Below are positions 44,603 through 55,290 of a stretch of DNA of 64,000 nt, piece by piece. The stretch comes from Candidatus Cloacimonadales bacterium. Its GTDB lineage: Bacteria; Cloacimonadota; Cloacimonadia; Cloacimonadales; JAIOQZ01. Positions within the stretch are counted from its first letter, which is position 1. The number at the start of each line of letters is the position of its first letter. The stretch spans positions 1,312,001 through 1,376,000 of the forward strand of contig OY771587.1 in the NCBI GenBank assembly GCA_963674825.1, read 5' to 3'. The translations under genes and the position numbers were made by a program. The notes below the pieces were generated by a model. The model was not told where the DNA came from. It searched no databases and saw only the letters and a list, made by a program, of their open reading frames with translations.

Positions 44603-45643
44603 TCAGCTCCCGGGATGCCAGATCCCCGTGTTGGTGATGATCGCGGCGATGTTTTCTGCAGGTGTAACATCGAACGCGGGATTATAAACTTTGCAACCGT
44701 TGGGTGCAGTGCGCACTTCGCGGAATCCCACCACTTCCTCCGGCTTGCGTTCTTCGATATCGATCTGCTCGCCGGTGGGGGTATCGCGATCGATGGTCGA
44801 TTCGGGTGCTACTATGTAGAGAGGGATATCATGATGTTTCGCTAGAATAGAGAGCCCGTACGTACCGATCTTATTCGCGGAATCGCCATTGGCAGCGATC
44901 CGATCTGCACCTGTGATAACGCAATCGACTGCGCCGGTAGCGATGACCGATGCTGCCATGTTGTCGGTGATCAAGGTGCACGGGATACCTGACTGCATCA
45001 GCTCCCACGTGGTAAGTCGAGCACCCTGGAGAAGCGGCCGTGTCTCATCGACGAAAACGTGGACGGGACGATCCTGCGCGATGGTACGGATCACACCCAG
45101 TGCGGTTCCGATTCCGACTGTTGCCAGCGATCCGGTGTTGCAGTGGGTCAAAATACCCAGCTTTTCACCCTTGATCTCCTCAGCGCCGTGTATGCCCATG
45201 TTTTTACAGGCTTCGATCTCGTAATCGATGAGATTCTCCGTAAATTCGAGGATGCGACCGGCGTCATTCCCCTGTATAATCTTGCGAATGGCCTGAGTAG
45301 CCTTGAAGAGGTTCACAGCGGTTGGCCTGCTCGCTTCGATCTCATCCAGCGCTTTGTGCATAAGCTCCAGATAGTCCCCTTTTCCTTCGAATTCCATTGC
45401 CGCCAGCCACGCGGCAGCGCCTGCGGCTACACCGATTGCCGGTGCACCCCGGATGCGCAGCATTTTGATGGCTTCGATGCACTGCCGGTAATCACGGATC
45501 ACCAACGTTTCTTCTTCGATGGGCAACAGGGTTTGATCGAGCATAAGGATCTCATCCCGCACCAGGCGAATACTACGGATGAATTCGTTCAGTGGTTGAG
45601 TCGCGGTTCCATATTGAAGCGATGATTTCATACGAATTACCAT
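44603..45643 (-). CDS. mtnA: S-methyl-5-thioribose-1-phosphate isomerase
   Basis: IRGAPAIG, RPTAVNL, THCNTGSLAT, ETRPLLQGARLT, NKIGTY, NPAFDVTP. Confidence 0.95.
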   Translation of the reverse strand: MVIRMKSSLQYGTATQPLNEFIRSIRLVRDEILMLDQTLLPIEEETLVIRDYRQCIEAIKMLRIRGAPAIGVAAGAAAWLAAMEFEGKGDYLELMHKALDEIEASRPTAVNLFKATQAIRKIIQGNDAGRILEFTENLIDYEIEACKNMGIHGAEEIKGEKLGILTHCNTGSLATVGIGTALGVIRTIAQDRPVHVFVDETRPLLQGARLTTWELMQSGIPCTLITDNMAASVIATGAVDCVITGADRIAANGDSANKIGTYGLSILAKHHDIPLYIVAPESTIDRDTPTGEQIDIEERKPEEVVGFREVRTAPNGCKVYNPAFDVTPAENIAAIITNTGIWHPGS

Positions 45644-46087
45644 AATCTCCCTTTGTCAGGCATATAAATTATTCGATTAAGCCATGCGTTATTAATGAGC
45701 TTCACGTCAAGGAAAATTGATTGGCAAGTCCATCCAACTATGCAAAATTCATCCTGATACGCTTACTTCTTTCATCAGCACAATAATCCAAACAACCAAT
45801 ACCATACCATGAAAAACATTCGCGGATATCTCGCATTGAGAATCAATATTTTCCATACACATACAACAGTTTAACATCGATAACGAATCAGCACACCCTG
45901 ATTGACCCGAAGTGCGTTAGTAACAAGTATTTAACACTATATTATTCTTGACAAACGAATCACGAAGATTCTCGCTATGCCAACTCGTGAAAGCAATGAT
46001 ATTGAACCTGGCATACTGTGTTCACGCATTTCCCAGGAAATACTCTTGCTGCATTGATTTCTGAAATGAAAAAGAAAGGAAACAGTA

Positions 46088-47704
46088 ATGATGAAGTATT
46101 CGACTCTACTCGTTCTGATGCTGATTGCGCTTAGTTCCAGCGCACAGAGCCTTGATTGGCAATGGGTTACATCCTATGGATCCGGAGATAATGATATAGC
46201 CAATGATATTGCTGTCGATTATCTGGGGAACATCTACACGACTGGCGCATTCTGGGGTACTGTCAACTTCGGTTCAATCGAATTGCAGTCCACAGGTGGA
46301 ACGGACATTTTTGTTACAAAGCAAGATTCACAAGGCAACCTGGTTTGGGCAGTCAAGGGTGGCGGCGCAAACGACGACAGCGGAACAGGTATCGCGGTGG
46401 ATGGCGCAGGCAACGTCTTCGTTCAAGGCAGCTTCGTTACTTCCACAGCGATAGGCAATGTTTCCCTGAGCGGCTACGGTGGTACCGATATATTCGCTGC
46501 AAAGCTTAATAGCAGCGGCGAATGGCAGTGGGCAATTTGTGCAGGCTCTGGCTATTGGGACACTCCTGCAACGATTGAAGTTGATACGAATGGGAATGCA
46601 TATGTTGTCGGTGAAGCTGGCCCAAGCTCCGCTTTTGGAGATAGCACCATGACATCAAACGGATATTACGATATCTACGTAGCAAAAATCAGCAGTAACG
46701 GCAATTGGCTTTGGGTGGCAAACGCAGGTGGACAGAATTGGGACTACGGTAGGGACATCGCGATTGGGCCAGACGGCAATATATATGTTGCAGGCAGCGG
46801 ACTTCTTACCGTGACCGCAGGTAGCTACACATTCAGCGCAAGTCATTACGATGTTTTTGTGGGCATCCTGAATCCCTCCGGCGAATGGATCGGTATTGCC
46901 AGATCATCCGGACCAGCTCCAGAGTACGGCGAAGCGATCACGGTAGCCAATGATGGCAGCGTTTACGTAACTGGCTATTTTTACACGCAGATGGGAGCGT
47001 CTGTATTCGGCACTCATTCTCCTGGCATATATGGTGTTCAGACCATATTCCTCGCAAAGCTTTCAAGCGCGGGTGGTTGGTCATGGGTTCAAAGCGCGGG
47101 TGGTATCGGATCATATTCTCAAAACAATAAGGGATTCGCTTTGGATACGGATTCGGAAGGCAATGTCTATATGACTGGAATATTCGACTACACAGCCACT
47201 TTTGGAGATATTCAGATACCCACTATTGGGACGTATGATATATTCCTTACGAGCCTCGACAGCAGCGGTAACTGGCGCTGGGTTACAAGCTGTGGAGGAG
47301 CAGGAGCAGACAGCGGAAACGGTCTTATCGTCTCTACCGAAGATGAGGTTTTCTATTGCGGATTTTACCGGGCTACGGGGATGTTTGGCGACATTATTCA
47401 CGAATCTGTCGGCAATTCCGATATTTTCATCGCAAGATACAGCTATGGAGCTCCTGCATTGCCCAAAGCGCCTGAGAACATGAATATAGAACTACTCGGT
47501 AACGATGTTCTGTTAACGTGGGACCCCGTAACCGAAGATACGGATAATAATCCCGTAAGCCCCACAGGATACCTCATTTATTACCATGACACTCCTGAAG
47601 GTGAATACATCCTATTGGGCCAGAGCCCGACAAATAGTTTCGCGCATGCTGGTACACTACCATCCGATCGCAGTTTCTATAAAGTTACAGCTATCATCGA
47701 TTAG
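46088..47704 (+). CDS. Secreted SBBP-repeat beta-propeller protein with FN3-like C-terminal domain
   Basis: Repeats of IAVD..GN.Y.TG.F and DIF.AK....G.W.W; signal peptide. Confidence 0.85.
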   Translation: MMKYSTLLVLMLIALSSSAQSLDWQWVTSYGSGDNDIANDIAVDYLGNIYTTGAFWGTVNFGSIELQSTGGTDIFVTKQDSQGNLVWAVKGGGANDDSGTGIAVDGAGNVFVQGSFVTSTAIGNVSLSGYGGTDIFAAKLNSSGEWQWAICAGSGYWDTPATIEVDTNGNAYVVGEAGPSSAFGDSTMTSNGYYDIYVAKISSNGNWLWVANAGGQNWDYGRDIAIGPDGNIYVAGSGLLTVTAGSYTFSASHYDVFVGILNPSGEWIGIARSSGPAPEYGEAITVANDGSVYVTGYFYTQMGASVFGTHSPGIYGVQTIFLAKLSSAGGWSWVQSAGGIGSYSQNNKGFALDTDSEGNVYMTGIFDYTATFGDIQIPTIGTYDIFLTSLDSSGNWRWVTSCGGAGADSGNGLIVSTEDEVFYCGFYRATGMFGDIIHESVGNSDIFIARYSYGAPALPKAPENMNIELLGNDVLLTWDPVTEDTDNNPVSPTGYLIYYHDTPEGEYILLGQSPTNSFAHAGTLPSDRSFYKVTAIID

Positions 47705-47728
47705 GTAATACCACCCTTTTTGATAAAC

Positions 47729-47760
47729 AAAGGCTGCGGACCGGGGATCCGCAGCCTTTT
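47729..47760. terminator. Bidirectional terminator
   Basis: aaaggctgcgga...tccgcagcctttt between convergent genes. Confidence 0.85.
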
Positions 47761-47786
47761 GAGGTTGAACCATGTGAAATGGCTTT

Positions 47787-49856
47787 TTATGGGTTATTAA
47801 TACACGTGATTCTGAAGAAGCGATAGCCAGAGGTCAGCGGAATCGAACAGCTTGTTGCCGATGTCTCCGCAGCAACCGACCAGGTTAAAATATTGGGATC
47901 GTACGCACCATATACGACGTATGAATCCGGTGTGATCGGGCCACCGCCGATCGATTGACTGACAGGTTCCCAACTGAGTACAATGTTGCTGCCTTCCAGC
48001 GCAATAGACACGTTCTGAACCTGGCCCGGTGTCTGGTCGCCTATCAATGAAAGCAACGCCGCTTCGACATCGATTTTTCCATAACCGAACTTTGGATTGG
48101 GGACATCGCCGGTGAATTGATCCATTCGAGCGTGATTTTGCAGCAGCACCACCAACTCCGTTCTCGATATATCCGGCACAAATTGCTTGATCAACGCTGC
48201 CGCGCCGCAAGCGACAGGAGAAGCCATTGACGTCCCGCGTAGCAGTACGTAATCGGCAGGAAGCCCACCGGTAGAGTCACCCTCCGCGTAGGCATTGCTG
48301 ACCACAAGTGTCGTAACGCCAATATATGGGAAACCCCATGCATCGTCGTCCCGGATGGAGGCGATATAGTTGCCCGGCGCGCTCAATTCCGGCTTCTGGA
48401 CTCCGTCGATACGCGGTCCGCGTGATGAAAATGTCCCGTATTCACCGATAACATCTTCCGTCCAACAATACAGGTGATTCCAGGTATTCCAGTCGTTCCG
48501 AACAGTCCAGGCTCCAACCGAAACCGCGAAATCGGCATCTGCCGGCGCAGAAACAGTGTAGCATGAATCGGGATTGGAGAACTTACCGCCCCCACCCATG
48601 CTGAAGAGGTGATAGTCCATCGTCATACCGGACAGGTTCTCAACCTTGATATAAAACGAGCTCGAACCAGTGCGGATAACGCTTCCCCATCGTGCTTGTG
48701 TGCCACGCGGTGACTGGGTCATGCTATCCACATCCTGCAGTAGATTACTGATCGGGTTCATGTTCTCGTCATAAAAGCTGTATGTCATCGGACGCTGGAT
48801 AGAGGTATCCGAACCATCGTACCAGACAAGGTTGAAGAAATAGGTTCCGCGCGTGGATTCCGTTGTATCCGGGATATTGACAGCAACAAACTCAGATCCG
48901 CCGCCCGAGAGCGTCCCAGAGGCGTGCTTGTTGTCGTCAGCCTCATTACCGGATGATTGAAATACAACGCAACCATCCATCGAGATCTGGTCGATGATCT
49001 GCGCAACAGCTCCCGAGCCGTCGTGATAATCGTCCCAACCACCGAGACTTGCGTTGGTCATATCACAGTCGTACTGATTCCAGGCAGCCCAATAAGACTG
49101 TGCGACGGCGGCTTCGGTGATAACATGCGTGAAATCGGCAGCCACTTTGAGGGCGACCCAATCCGCGCCGGGTGCCATGCCGCGCCATACGCCGTTGGAA
49201 TTAGTACCCAGACCAAGGATCGATCCGGCGACGTGGGTTCCGTGGCCAGTGCCAGTATTGGCGTTTGAAACGGTGAAATCGCTGTCGGGATATGCGCTGT
49301 AATCAATACCGTATTCTGGCTGACTGAGATCGAGACTGGCGATTTCGAATCCTGAATCGATAATACCGATGCGAACACCGCTTCCATCCAGTCCATACGA
49401 TTCACCCTGTAGCACTTCAGCTCCGGTTTCCAGGCGTGCGCGATCGTTGTTGAGCTTCATCAGACCTTCCGCGCTGCGTATCTGTACGATGCGATCATCG
49501 GCTTCGAGCATTTTCAGCATATCCAGTGTCGCCGGTATTCGTGCCGTGTAGAATCCCCACGGGTGCCGTTCGTTCGCGGGACGCCAGGAACCTTCGAAAA
49601 CCTCAACGTTCATGTCATGAAGCTGGTAGAGTAACGCACTATTCGGCTTCTCCTGGAAATACAGGAACACAAGCTGTGTTTCCATGGACGGCGCGTTTCG
49701 GTTCATTTCCGATTTGCTGTCCAGCAACCCGTCCCGATACAGCTGTTTTGACTTTATTTCGAAGTAGAGTTGACCGGTGTAGTTTCGGGCGAACAGACTT
49801 GTCACCACAAGCATCAGAAGCAATATTGAGATGTAAGTTCTTATCTTCCATAACAT
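47787..49856 (-). CDS. Secreted S8 (subtilisin-like) serine peptidase
   Basis: IGIIDSG, GHGTHVAG and GTSMASP catalytic triad; signal peptide. Confidence 0.92.
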   Translation of the reverse strand: MLWKIRTYISILLLMLVVTSLFARNYTGQLYFEIKSKQLYRDGLLDSKSEMNRNAPSMETQLVFLYFQEKPNSALLYQLHDMNVEVFEGSWRPANERHPWGFYTARIPATLDMLKMLEADDRIVQIRSAEGLMKLNNDRARLETGAEVLQGESYGLDGSGVRIGIIDSGFEIASLDLSQPEYGIDYSAYPDSDFTVSNANTGTGHGTHVAGSILGLGTNSNGVWRGMAPGADWVALKVAADFTHVITEAAVAQSYWAAWNQYDCDMTNASLGGWDDYHDGSGAVAQIIDQISMDGCVVFQSSGNEADDNKHASGTLSGGGSEFVAVNIPDTTESTRGTYFFNLVWYDGSDTSIQRPMTYSFYDENMNPISNLLQDVDSMTQSPRGTQARWGSVIRTGSSSFYIKVENLSGMTMDYHLFSMGGGGKFSNPDSCYTVSAPADADFAVSVGAWTVRNDWNTWNHLYCWTEDVIGEYGTFSSRGPRIDGVQKPELSAPGNYIASIRDDDAWGFPYIGVTTLVVSNAYAEGDSTGGLPADYVLLRGTSMASPVACGAAALIKQFVPDISRTELVVLLQNHARMDQFTGDVPNPKFGYGKIDVEAALLSLIGDQTPGQVQNVSIALEGSNIVLSWEPVSQSIGGGPITPDSYVVYGAYDPNILTWSVAAETSATSCSIPLTSGYRFFRITCINNP

Positions 49857-49898
49857 GTTTCACCTTCCTCCAGGTAGTTTATATCTTCCGGCATCATT

Positions 49899-52313
49899 TC
49901 ATTTAATCAGGAGACACTTACGGATTTCAACCGTGTCTCCCGCCTTGATTCGTACGAAGTAGGTTCCGCTGGATACCGCCTTTCCGCTCGCATCCACACC
50001 TTCCCAGGTCACGCGGTGCAAACCTTCGCTCTGCACGCCCTGATCGACCTTTATTATGCGCTGTCCAAGCACATTATAGACAGAGAATTCCACCGTCGTT
50101 TCCTCAGCGAGATAGTAGCCCACCGTCGTCGAAGGATTGAACGGATTCGGGTAGATCACAACGATGCCTGTAACCATAGGGTTCACAGCTTCGCCGCCCT
50201 CACCATCTTCGCCGGGTGTGGTCAGTTCCAGGAAAATCGGGCCAAACACATCGACCCGGCCATTGAGCGCGATGCTCTCCAGCCAGTACCAGCACTCGGT
50301 CTCGCCATCCAGGTCGTCATCGACGAAGTTGTAACTGATGGCTGTTCCTTCCGTCTGACCTTCGGTGATGATCGCAGTATTCAAGCGATAGGCTTCTTCA
50401 AGAACATCCTCGGAGTAGCGATAGAGGTTGTAACCCAGGTGATCGGTCTCAGACTCGGCTGTCCAGGCGATGGAGACTGCGCCACTGGATAGAATTCCGG
50501 CTGTGAAGGAAGACAATGTGACGGGGAGAGTCTGCCCGTCATCAATTTCGCCGGGCGTTGCGTTGTCCGCTGAATCTTGCGGCAGCCAGTCTCCCTGCTC
50601 AGCCTGGACGATGCGATTTCCCGCATTAACGACCGGTGCGGTATCGAGAACCGCCCGGCTCGCACCCGATTGAATCTGGTATCGCTTTCCTGTTGTCAGT
50701 TGAAGCTCGGAGCTACCCTGCACAAACCACGCGACTGTCGTCTCCCAATCGCTTTCAAACGTAGCCTGATCAGAGCCATTGGTTACTACACAGAAGCTAC
50801 GCGGTGGGATGGAGTAGTTCGCCGGTAAGGTGAATGTATAGCCATCGTATTCGAATACGCCGCCGTTATCGATTCCTCTGAGGATCTGCAATCCGCCCAG
50901 ATCGAGCGAGAATGGACGCGTATTGCCCAGCTCCAGATAGGCAGAGCCTTCGTTTGCTCCCGTGCGGTTATCGGATACTTCGGTGATGTAAAGATCACCT
51001 TCGTAGGGTACATCGAAATATTCGTCGCAACCCTTGTAGTATACGAACCGGACATTGATATCGATGTCGCCGCTGCATCCCACATAATCGCTTTGCAGTT
51101 CCGAAAGCAGCGCAGCCTGATGCGTCAAATGCAGATTGCCGGTCGATTCATCAACGAGCGGGATGTCCATGCAGTATGAATTGGCATCGAGGCCGGTCGT
51201 CGCTTTCCAACTGGCGAAAGTGTAGATTTTGTCGTCGTATTCGCTGGGACCGAAGCGACCGTAGAATCCGCTGGAGGCGTTACGGCAATAGTAAATGTTC
51301 TCGTCGATGTCGTAAGCTGTTGCCGTATTTTGCAACATGATCGCCTGGTTGTATGCACCCGGCATGTCGATGCAGTCATTGATGAAGATATTGTTTCGCG
51401 CGGCGAACGCTGTCGGATTGGATGTCTGGTAGCTATACAGACAATAACTTCCAGCTGTTGTGTTTCCACCGGAGATCACCACGGTGTTATGATACACGTA
51501 CACCTGCGAGGAGGCGTTGTTGGTCGAGCAGTCGATTCCACGTTTGTTGTCGTTCTCATCCCAGATGTACACCATATTGTTCATTGCCGATCCGCTTCCC
51601 AGGTAGATACCAGTTGGAGAATTCTGATTGGAATTTGGAATGGGCATTATCACATGATTCCGTTCGATTACTGCTGTGTTCGTAGCCGAAGCCAACTGTG
51701 TAATACCCATGACCGACATTCCGGAATTCACCGGATTCCAGTCGGTCGTCCACTCGACGATGTTGTCCTGAATCAGGAGTCCGGACATTCGTACATAGCT
51801 ATAAATGCCACCGAAAGCGGCGTTTTGCACATAGCAATTACGGATTGTGATGTTACTTGTGGTTATCTCGCCTGATTCGTCACGAATGTAGATACCGATC
51901 ATGTAATTCGTTTCGTCGGATGGATATGGATCGGCGATTTTAATGCCATTGATCTCAATATAACTGCTATTGGCGATTTGCAGTGCTCTTCCATTAGCCT
52001 CGTTGAGATAGATGGTGGGGTAGTTGTCGCCACCCGTGGTGGTGGCATTGAAGATCACGGGATTGTCGTGCGTTCCCTCGACGTTGAAGATCATGGGCGG
52101 ATTCTCGTAAAAATCCTGACCCGACGTCACACGGTATCTGACTCCACCGGCGGGAATCGTTTCCAGACTGTTAAGATGGTTAATGGCCTCGGTGAAGGAG
52201 ATGAAATCTCCCGCACCCGTGTTATCAATGAGATACGTGGTTTGCGCGAGGAGTGGAAGTGAACACAGGACGACCAGCAGGCAGACTGTCATCGATTTTC
52301 TCGAGTGTTTCAT
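49899..52313 (-). CDS. T9SS-CTD protein with parallel beta-helix and lamin-tail-like domain
   Basis: Signal peptide; beta-helix Asn ladders; LYITEV...YLEL.N; LPVTLSSFTA; YPNPFNP...RKCLLIK. Confidence 0.8.
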   Translation of the reverse strand: MKHSRKSMTVCLLVVLCSLPLLAQTTYLIDNTGAGDFISFTEAINHLNSLETIPAGGVRYRVTSGQDFYENPPMIFNVEGTHDNPVIFNATTTGGDNYPTIYLNEANGRALQIANSSYIEINGIKIADPYPSDETNYMIGIYIRDESGEITTSNITIRNCYVQNAAFGGIYSYVRMSGLLIQDNIVEWTTDWNPVNSGMSVMGITQLASATNTAVIERNHVIMPIPNSNQNSPTGIYLGSGSAMNNMVYIWDENDNKRGIDCSTNNASSQVYVYHNTVVISGGNTTAGSYCLYSYQTSNPTAFAARNNIFINDCIDMPGAYNQAIMLQNTATAYDIDENIYYCRNASSGFYGRFGPSEYDDKIYTFASWKATTGLDANSYCMDIPLVDESTGNLHLTHQAALLSELQSDYVGCSGDIDINVRFVYYKGCDEYFDVPYEGDLYITEVSDNRTGANEGSAYLELGNTRPFSLDLGGLQILRGIDNGGVFEYDGYTFTLPANYSIPPRSFCVVTNGSDQATFESDWETTVAWFVQGSSELQLTTGKRYQIQSGASRAVLDTAPVVNAGNRIVQAEQGDWLPQDSADNATPGEIDDGQTLPVTLSSFTAGILSSGAVSIAWTAESETDHLGYNLYRYSEDVLEEAYRLNTAIITEGQTEGTAISYNFVDDDLDGETECWYWLESIALNGRVDVFGPIFLELTTPGEDGEGGEAVNPMVTGIVVIYPNPFNPSTTVGYYLAEETTVEFSVYNVLGQRIIKVDQGVQSEGLHRVTWEGVDASGKAVSSGTYFVRIKAGDTVEIRKCLLIK

Positions 52314-52501
52314 TGGTTCCTCCGCTTAGTTCTTGAGATAGATTGTTTGTACACGAATGTGTTTGTTTGAATTATTGAGGCTGAATAGATTCAAATTATT
52401 TGTGTTGCACGCAACACCTTGAGCCCCATTCATTTCCGATAATGGGTACAGCTGTTGCATCACATGAATTTCTCGCTTCATGATCGTTCTCCGTTTGTTA
52501 C

Positions 52502-52528
52502 CGGGTCGGCCCGAATCAAGCCGACCCG
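52502..52528. terminator. Hairpin after lipoprotein gene (weak U-tract)
   Basis: cgggtcggc/gccgacccg 9-bp stem. Confidence 0.5.
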
Positions 52529-52541
52529 TTATAAATCCTTG

Positions 52542-54254
52542 TTAGTTTGTTTCCAGAATAACACTTACCACAGCAGGAGTCCCTTGATAGGAATACACAT
52601 AGGTATAGCGCCCTGTTACGGACTGGTATCCGGTTTTACTGACGTCCATCTGATAGACACCAACCGGTATGTCATTGAATGTACATAGCCCAACGATGTT
52701 TGTCGTTCCGGTGTAGGATGTTCCCTGTAGTGTTACCGTAGCGCCTTGAATCGGGGTAAGGTCGTCTTTCGAAACATACACCTGAAGGTTGTTGGTAGTT
52801 TCTTCGGTGTACATGGTCAGCTCCGCGTCCAAGTTGACTGTCTGACCGATCGTAAACGTTACACCGGTTACGGTATAAGGTTCGAATCCAACTTTTGTAA
52901 AGGTTACATCATAGGTTCCGGCAGTTAAGACCATTGCTTCATAGCTTCCGGTTTCATCGGATGCACCAGCGCCGGCTTCACCGACAGTGATGATCACATT
53001 GTTGATGGGGGTATTGTAACCGGCTGCGGTAACGCTGCCAGAAAGAATCGCGTACGGTTCGTTTCCTTCTTCGATCATCAGGAATGTATATTCTGTTACC
53101 TGGTTTGCGATGATGGTCACATAGGCATCGTCTTCGTTGTAGCCAGTCTTGGAGCAGACTGCCGTGTAATCACCCGCGGGAATTCCCGAAATGATATAGT
53201 AACCAAACGCGTCCGATGTTGCGGAAAAGGACGTACCTTCCAGCATGATCGTCGCGCCGGCAAGGATGTACTGATTGCTGACATCGGTTACATAGCCTTC
53301 GAGGGTTCCGGTACCGTCGCCACTGCCAGGATAAAGCGTAATATCCTGGTTTGTCGTAATACCACCGGAAATACCAACCGTGACTGTCTCCGGCGTGTAA
53401 CCGCTCTTGCTCGCTGTCACATCGTAATCACCTGCCGGAACGTTCGCGATAAGATACAGGCCATCGCTATCCGTGGTGGTAGTAAGCGAAGTCCCATCGA
53501 TCGCTACTGTCGCGCCTTCGATCGCGTCGCTGGTATCGCCATCGGAGACAATACCTGTCAGAATGCCGGTATCGTCTTCGCCTTCTTCTATCTGTACATC
53601 GAGATCTGTGGTTACATTCTGTACGATTTGCACAGCCTCTTCGGTGTAGCTGATGTAGCCGGTTTTAATAAACTGAACGCTGTACACGCCAACGGGTATG
53701 TTGGAAACAGTATAATTTCCATCGGTACCGGTGGAAGCGGTCTTTCCAGAGGTCAGGACGTTGACCATCACCCCGGCAACCGCATTTCCGTTCGCATCGG
53801 TAACGGTTCCGTTGAGGTGTCCAACCACGGTGGAGGTATCTTTATCAAAGGTCATCTGAATATTGTCACCATCAACCGTAATGCTCATCGAGAGTGTGTT
53901 TCCGCTGATCGTGTAGTTCCAGATATAGGTTCCTTCAGGCATCCAGGGATCGTTACTCTCTTGAACGACCAACGTAAGCGAACCGCGCGAAGTGCTCCAG
54001 GTTCCGCTGATGTTAAAAGCACTGGGGTAGTCGCTATCCTGAAGCTCGCTGTCGAAGGTTCCATCTTCATCAAATTCGAGCCAACCGCTGTAGTCACCTA
54101 CTCCGTCTTCATCGGAATAGGAAGTGATATTCCAAAGGTTCACAAGGCTTGCATCGCCGTTGGAACCACCGTCGTCACCGCTGCTGCTACTGCTGCAACC
54201 AAAGATCATTAGAATAGCTGCGAAAAGCAGGATAAAATAGATGCTGACTCTCAT
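52542..54254 (-). CDS. Lipoprotein with lipocalin-like domain and five carboxypeptidase-regulatory-like repeats
   Basis: ATG 54254 after AGGAG; IFG-C lipobox followed by a Ser/Gly linker; repeats of G.L.G.V.D....I.GA.V...PAG.Y...SK.GY. Confidence 0.8.
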   Translation of the reverse strand: MRVSIYFILLFAAILMIFGCSSSSSGDDGGSNGDASLVNLWNITSYSDEDGVGDYSGWLEFDEDGTFDSELQDSDYPSAFNISGTWSTSRGSLTLVVQESNDPWMPEGTYIWNYTISGNTLSMSITVDGDNIQMTFDKDTSTVVGHLNGTVTDANGNAVAGVMVNVLTSGKTASTGTDGNYTVSNIPVGVYSVQFIKTGYISYTEEAVQIVQNVTTDLDVQIEEGEDDTGILTGIVSDGDTSDAIEGATVAIDGTSLTTTTDSDGLYLIANVPAGDYDVTASKSGYTPETVTVGISGGITTNQDITLYPGSGDGTGTLEGYVTDVSNQYILAGATIMLEGTSFSATSDAFGYYIISGIPAGDYTAVCSKTGYNEDDAYVTIIANQVTEYTFLMIEEGNEPYAILSGSVTAAGYNTPINNVIITVGEAGAGASDETGSYEAMVLTAGTYDVTFTKVGFEPYTVTGVTFTIGQTVNLDAELTMYTEETTNNLQVYVSKDDLTPIQGATVTLQGTSYTGTTNIVGLCTFNDIPVGVYQMDVSKTGYQSVTGRYTYVYSYQGTPAVVSVILETN

Positions 54255-54292
54255 ACTTGTTGCTCCTTTTAAAGATTGTGCTCTCATGCTGA

Positions 54293-54928
54293 TCATTGTT
54301 CTTTCTTGAGGTTATACTTCTTGGTGATACCTGCGCGAATCTGCTGAATGTGCTCCCTTCCTTCTGGAGTCAGCACCCCTTCGAACAGGATCGAAATGAT
54401 TTCATCGAACACCTGGGTTGCTGTAATTGCATGCTCCGCCAGGAATTCAGGATTAATTGAAGCCAGTGCTAGGTTGTAGTAAACATGAATCAACAGGTCG
54501 ATATTGGTATCTTCCCTAAATACACCTTTCCACACACCTTCCTGCAGAAGCTTTCCCATGTAGATTCTAATTTTGTCCTTGCGAAACCGGTTGATTTCAC
54601 TCCACAAGTCTGGAAAGCGACGTTGAATTTCTTTGACCAGGGGAGATTGAAACAGCGCCGTCTTGTCGCCCATGAAAGCCATGATGTCGGTCAGGCGATC
54701 AATATATTCCCTGTCCTTGTTATCGACAATCTCATGAACCTCTTCCTCGATCGATTTGAACATCAGATTCAGCACCTGGAACAGCAGCTTTTCCTTGCTC
54801 GGAAAATACTTGTACAATGTCTTCTTACTGATTCCCAAGTCATTCGAGATCTCATCCACGGTTACCCGGGAATAATTGAACTTGAGAAACAGCTCTTTCG
54901 CTCTCTGAATAATTCTCTCTCTAACCAT
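54293..54928 (-). CDS. TetR/AcrR family regulator
   Basis: TVDEIS..LGISKKTLYKYFPSKE HTH. Confidence 0.93.
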   Translation of the reverse strand: MVRERIIQRAKELFLKFNYSRVTVDEISNDLGISKKTLYKYFPSKEKLLFQVLNLMFKSIEEEVHEIVDNKDREYIDRLTDIMAFMGDKTALFQSPLVKEIQRRFPDLWSEINRFRKDKIRIYMGKLLQEGVWKGVFREDTNIDLLIHVYYNLALASINPEFLAEHAITATQVFDEIISILFEGVLTPEGREHIQQIRAGITKKYNLKKEQ

Positions 54929-54963
54929 TTTTCCATTCCGTTTTTTTGTTCATACACATCATC

Positions 54964-54999
54964 GAGACTACGGAAACTATTTTAGTCTCCAAAGTTTCC
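54964..54999. promoter_or_regulatory. Putative TetR operator
   Basis: GGAAACTA-ttt-TAGTCTCC flanked by extra half-sites GAGACTA and AGTTTCC. Confidence 0.55.
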
Positions 55000-55290
55000 T
55001 TTGGCAAGATAAAAATTGTCACATATCATTATCTGAAGTGTATACAGTATCAGTAACTATTTGCATTACAATGCTTAATGAATTATACATTATTTTGGCG
55101 TAATACGAGATATTCAATGAGTAAACACGGAAACTTGGTAAACGCTTTCGGTTTCCTAAGCCCCCGGATACTCCGAAATCCCGAGTTGATTTCCCATCAT
55201 TTTCATGGGCAATGAATGCCATACATTTATCTTGACATTTCCCGAACTCTAATAGCACAATTTGCACATCTCAAAACGTAAGGAGAATCT

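Noticed and set aside
45650..46080. SAM or c-di-GMP riboswitch near mtnA and the SBBP gene
   Set aside because: No recognisable aptamer motifs by eye; an Rfam scan is needed to exclude it.
52402..52417. GTGTTGC-ac-GCAACAC as parS
   Set aside because: Spacing and core do not fit parS; possibly an unrelated operator, but unsupported.
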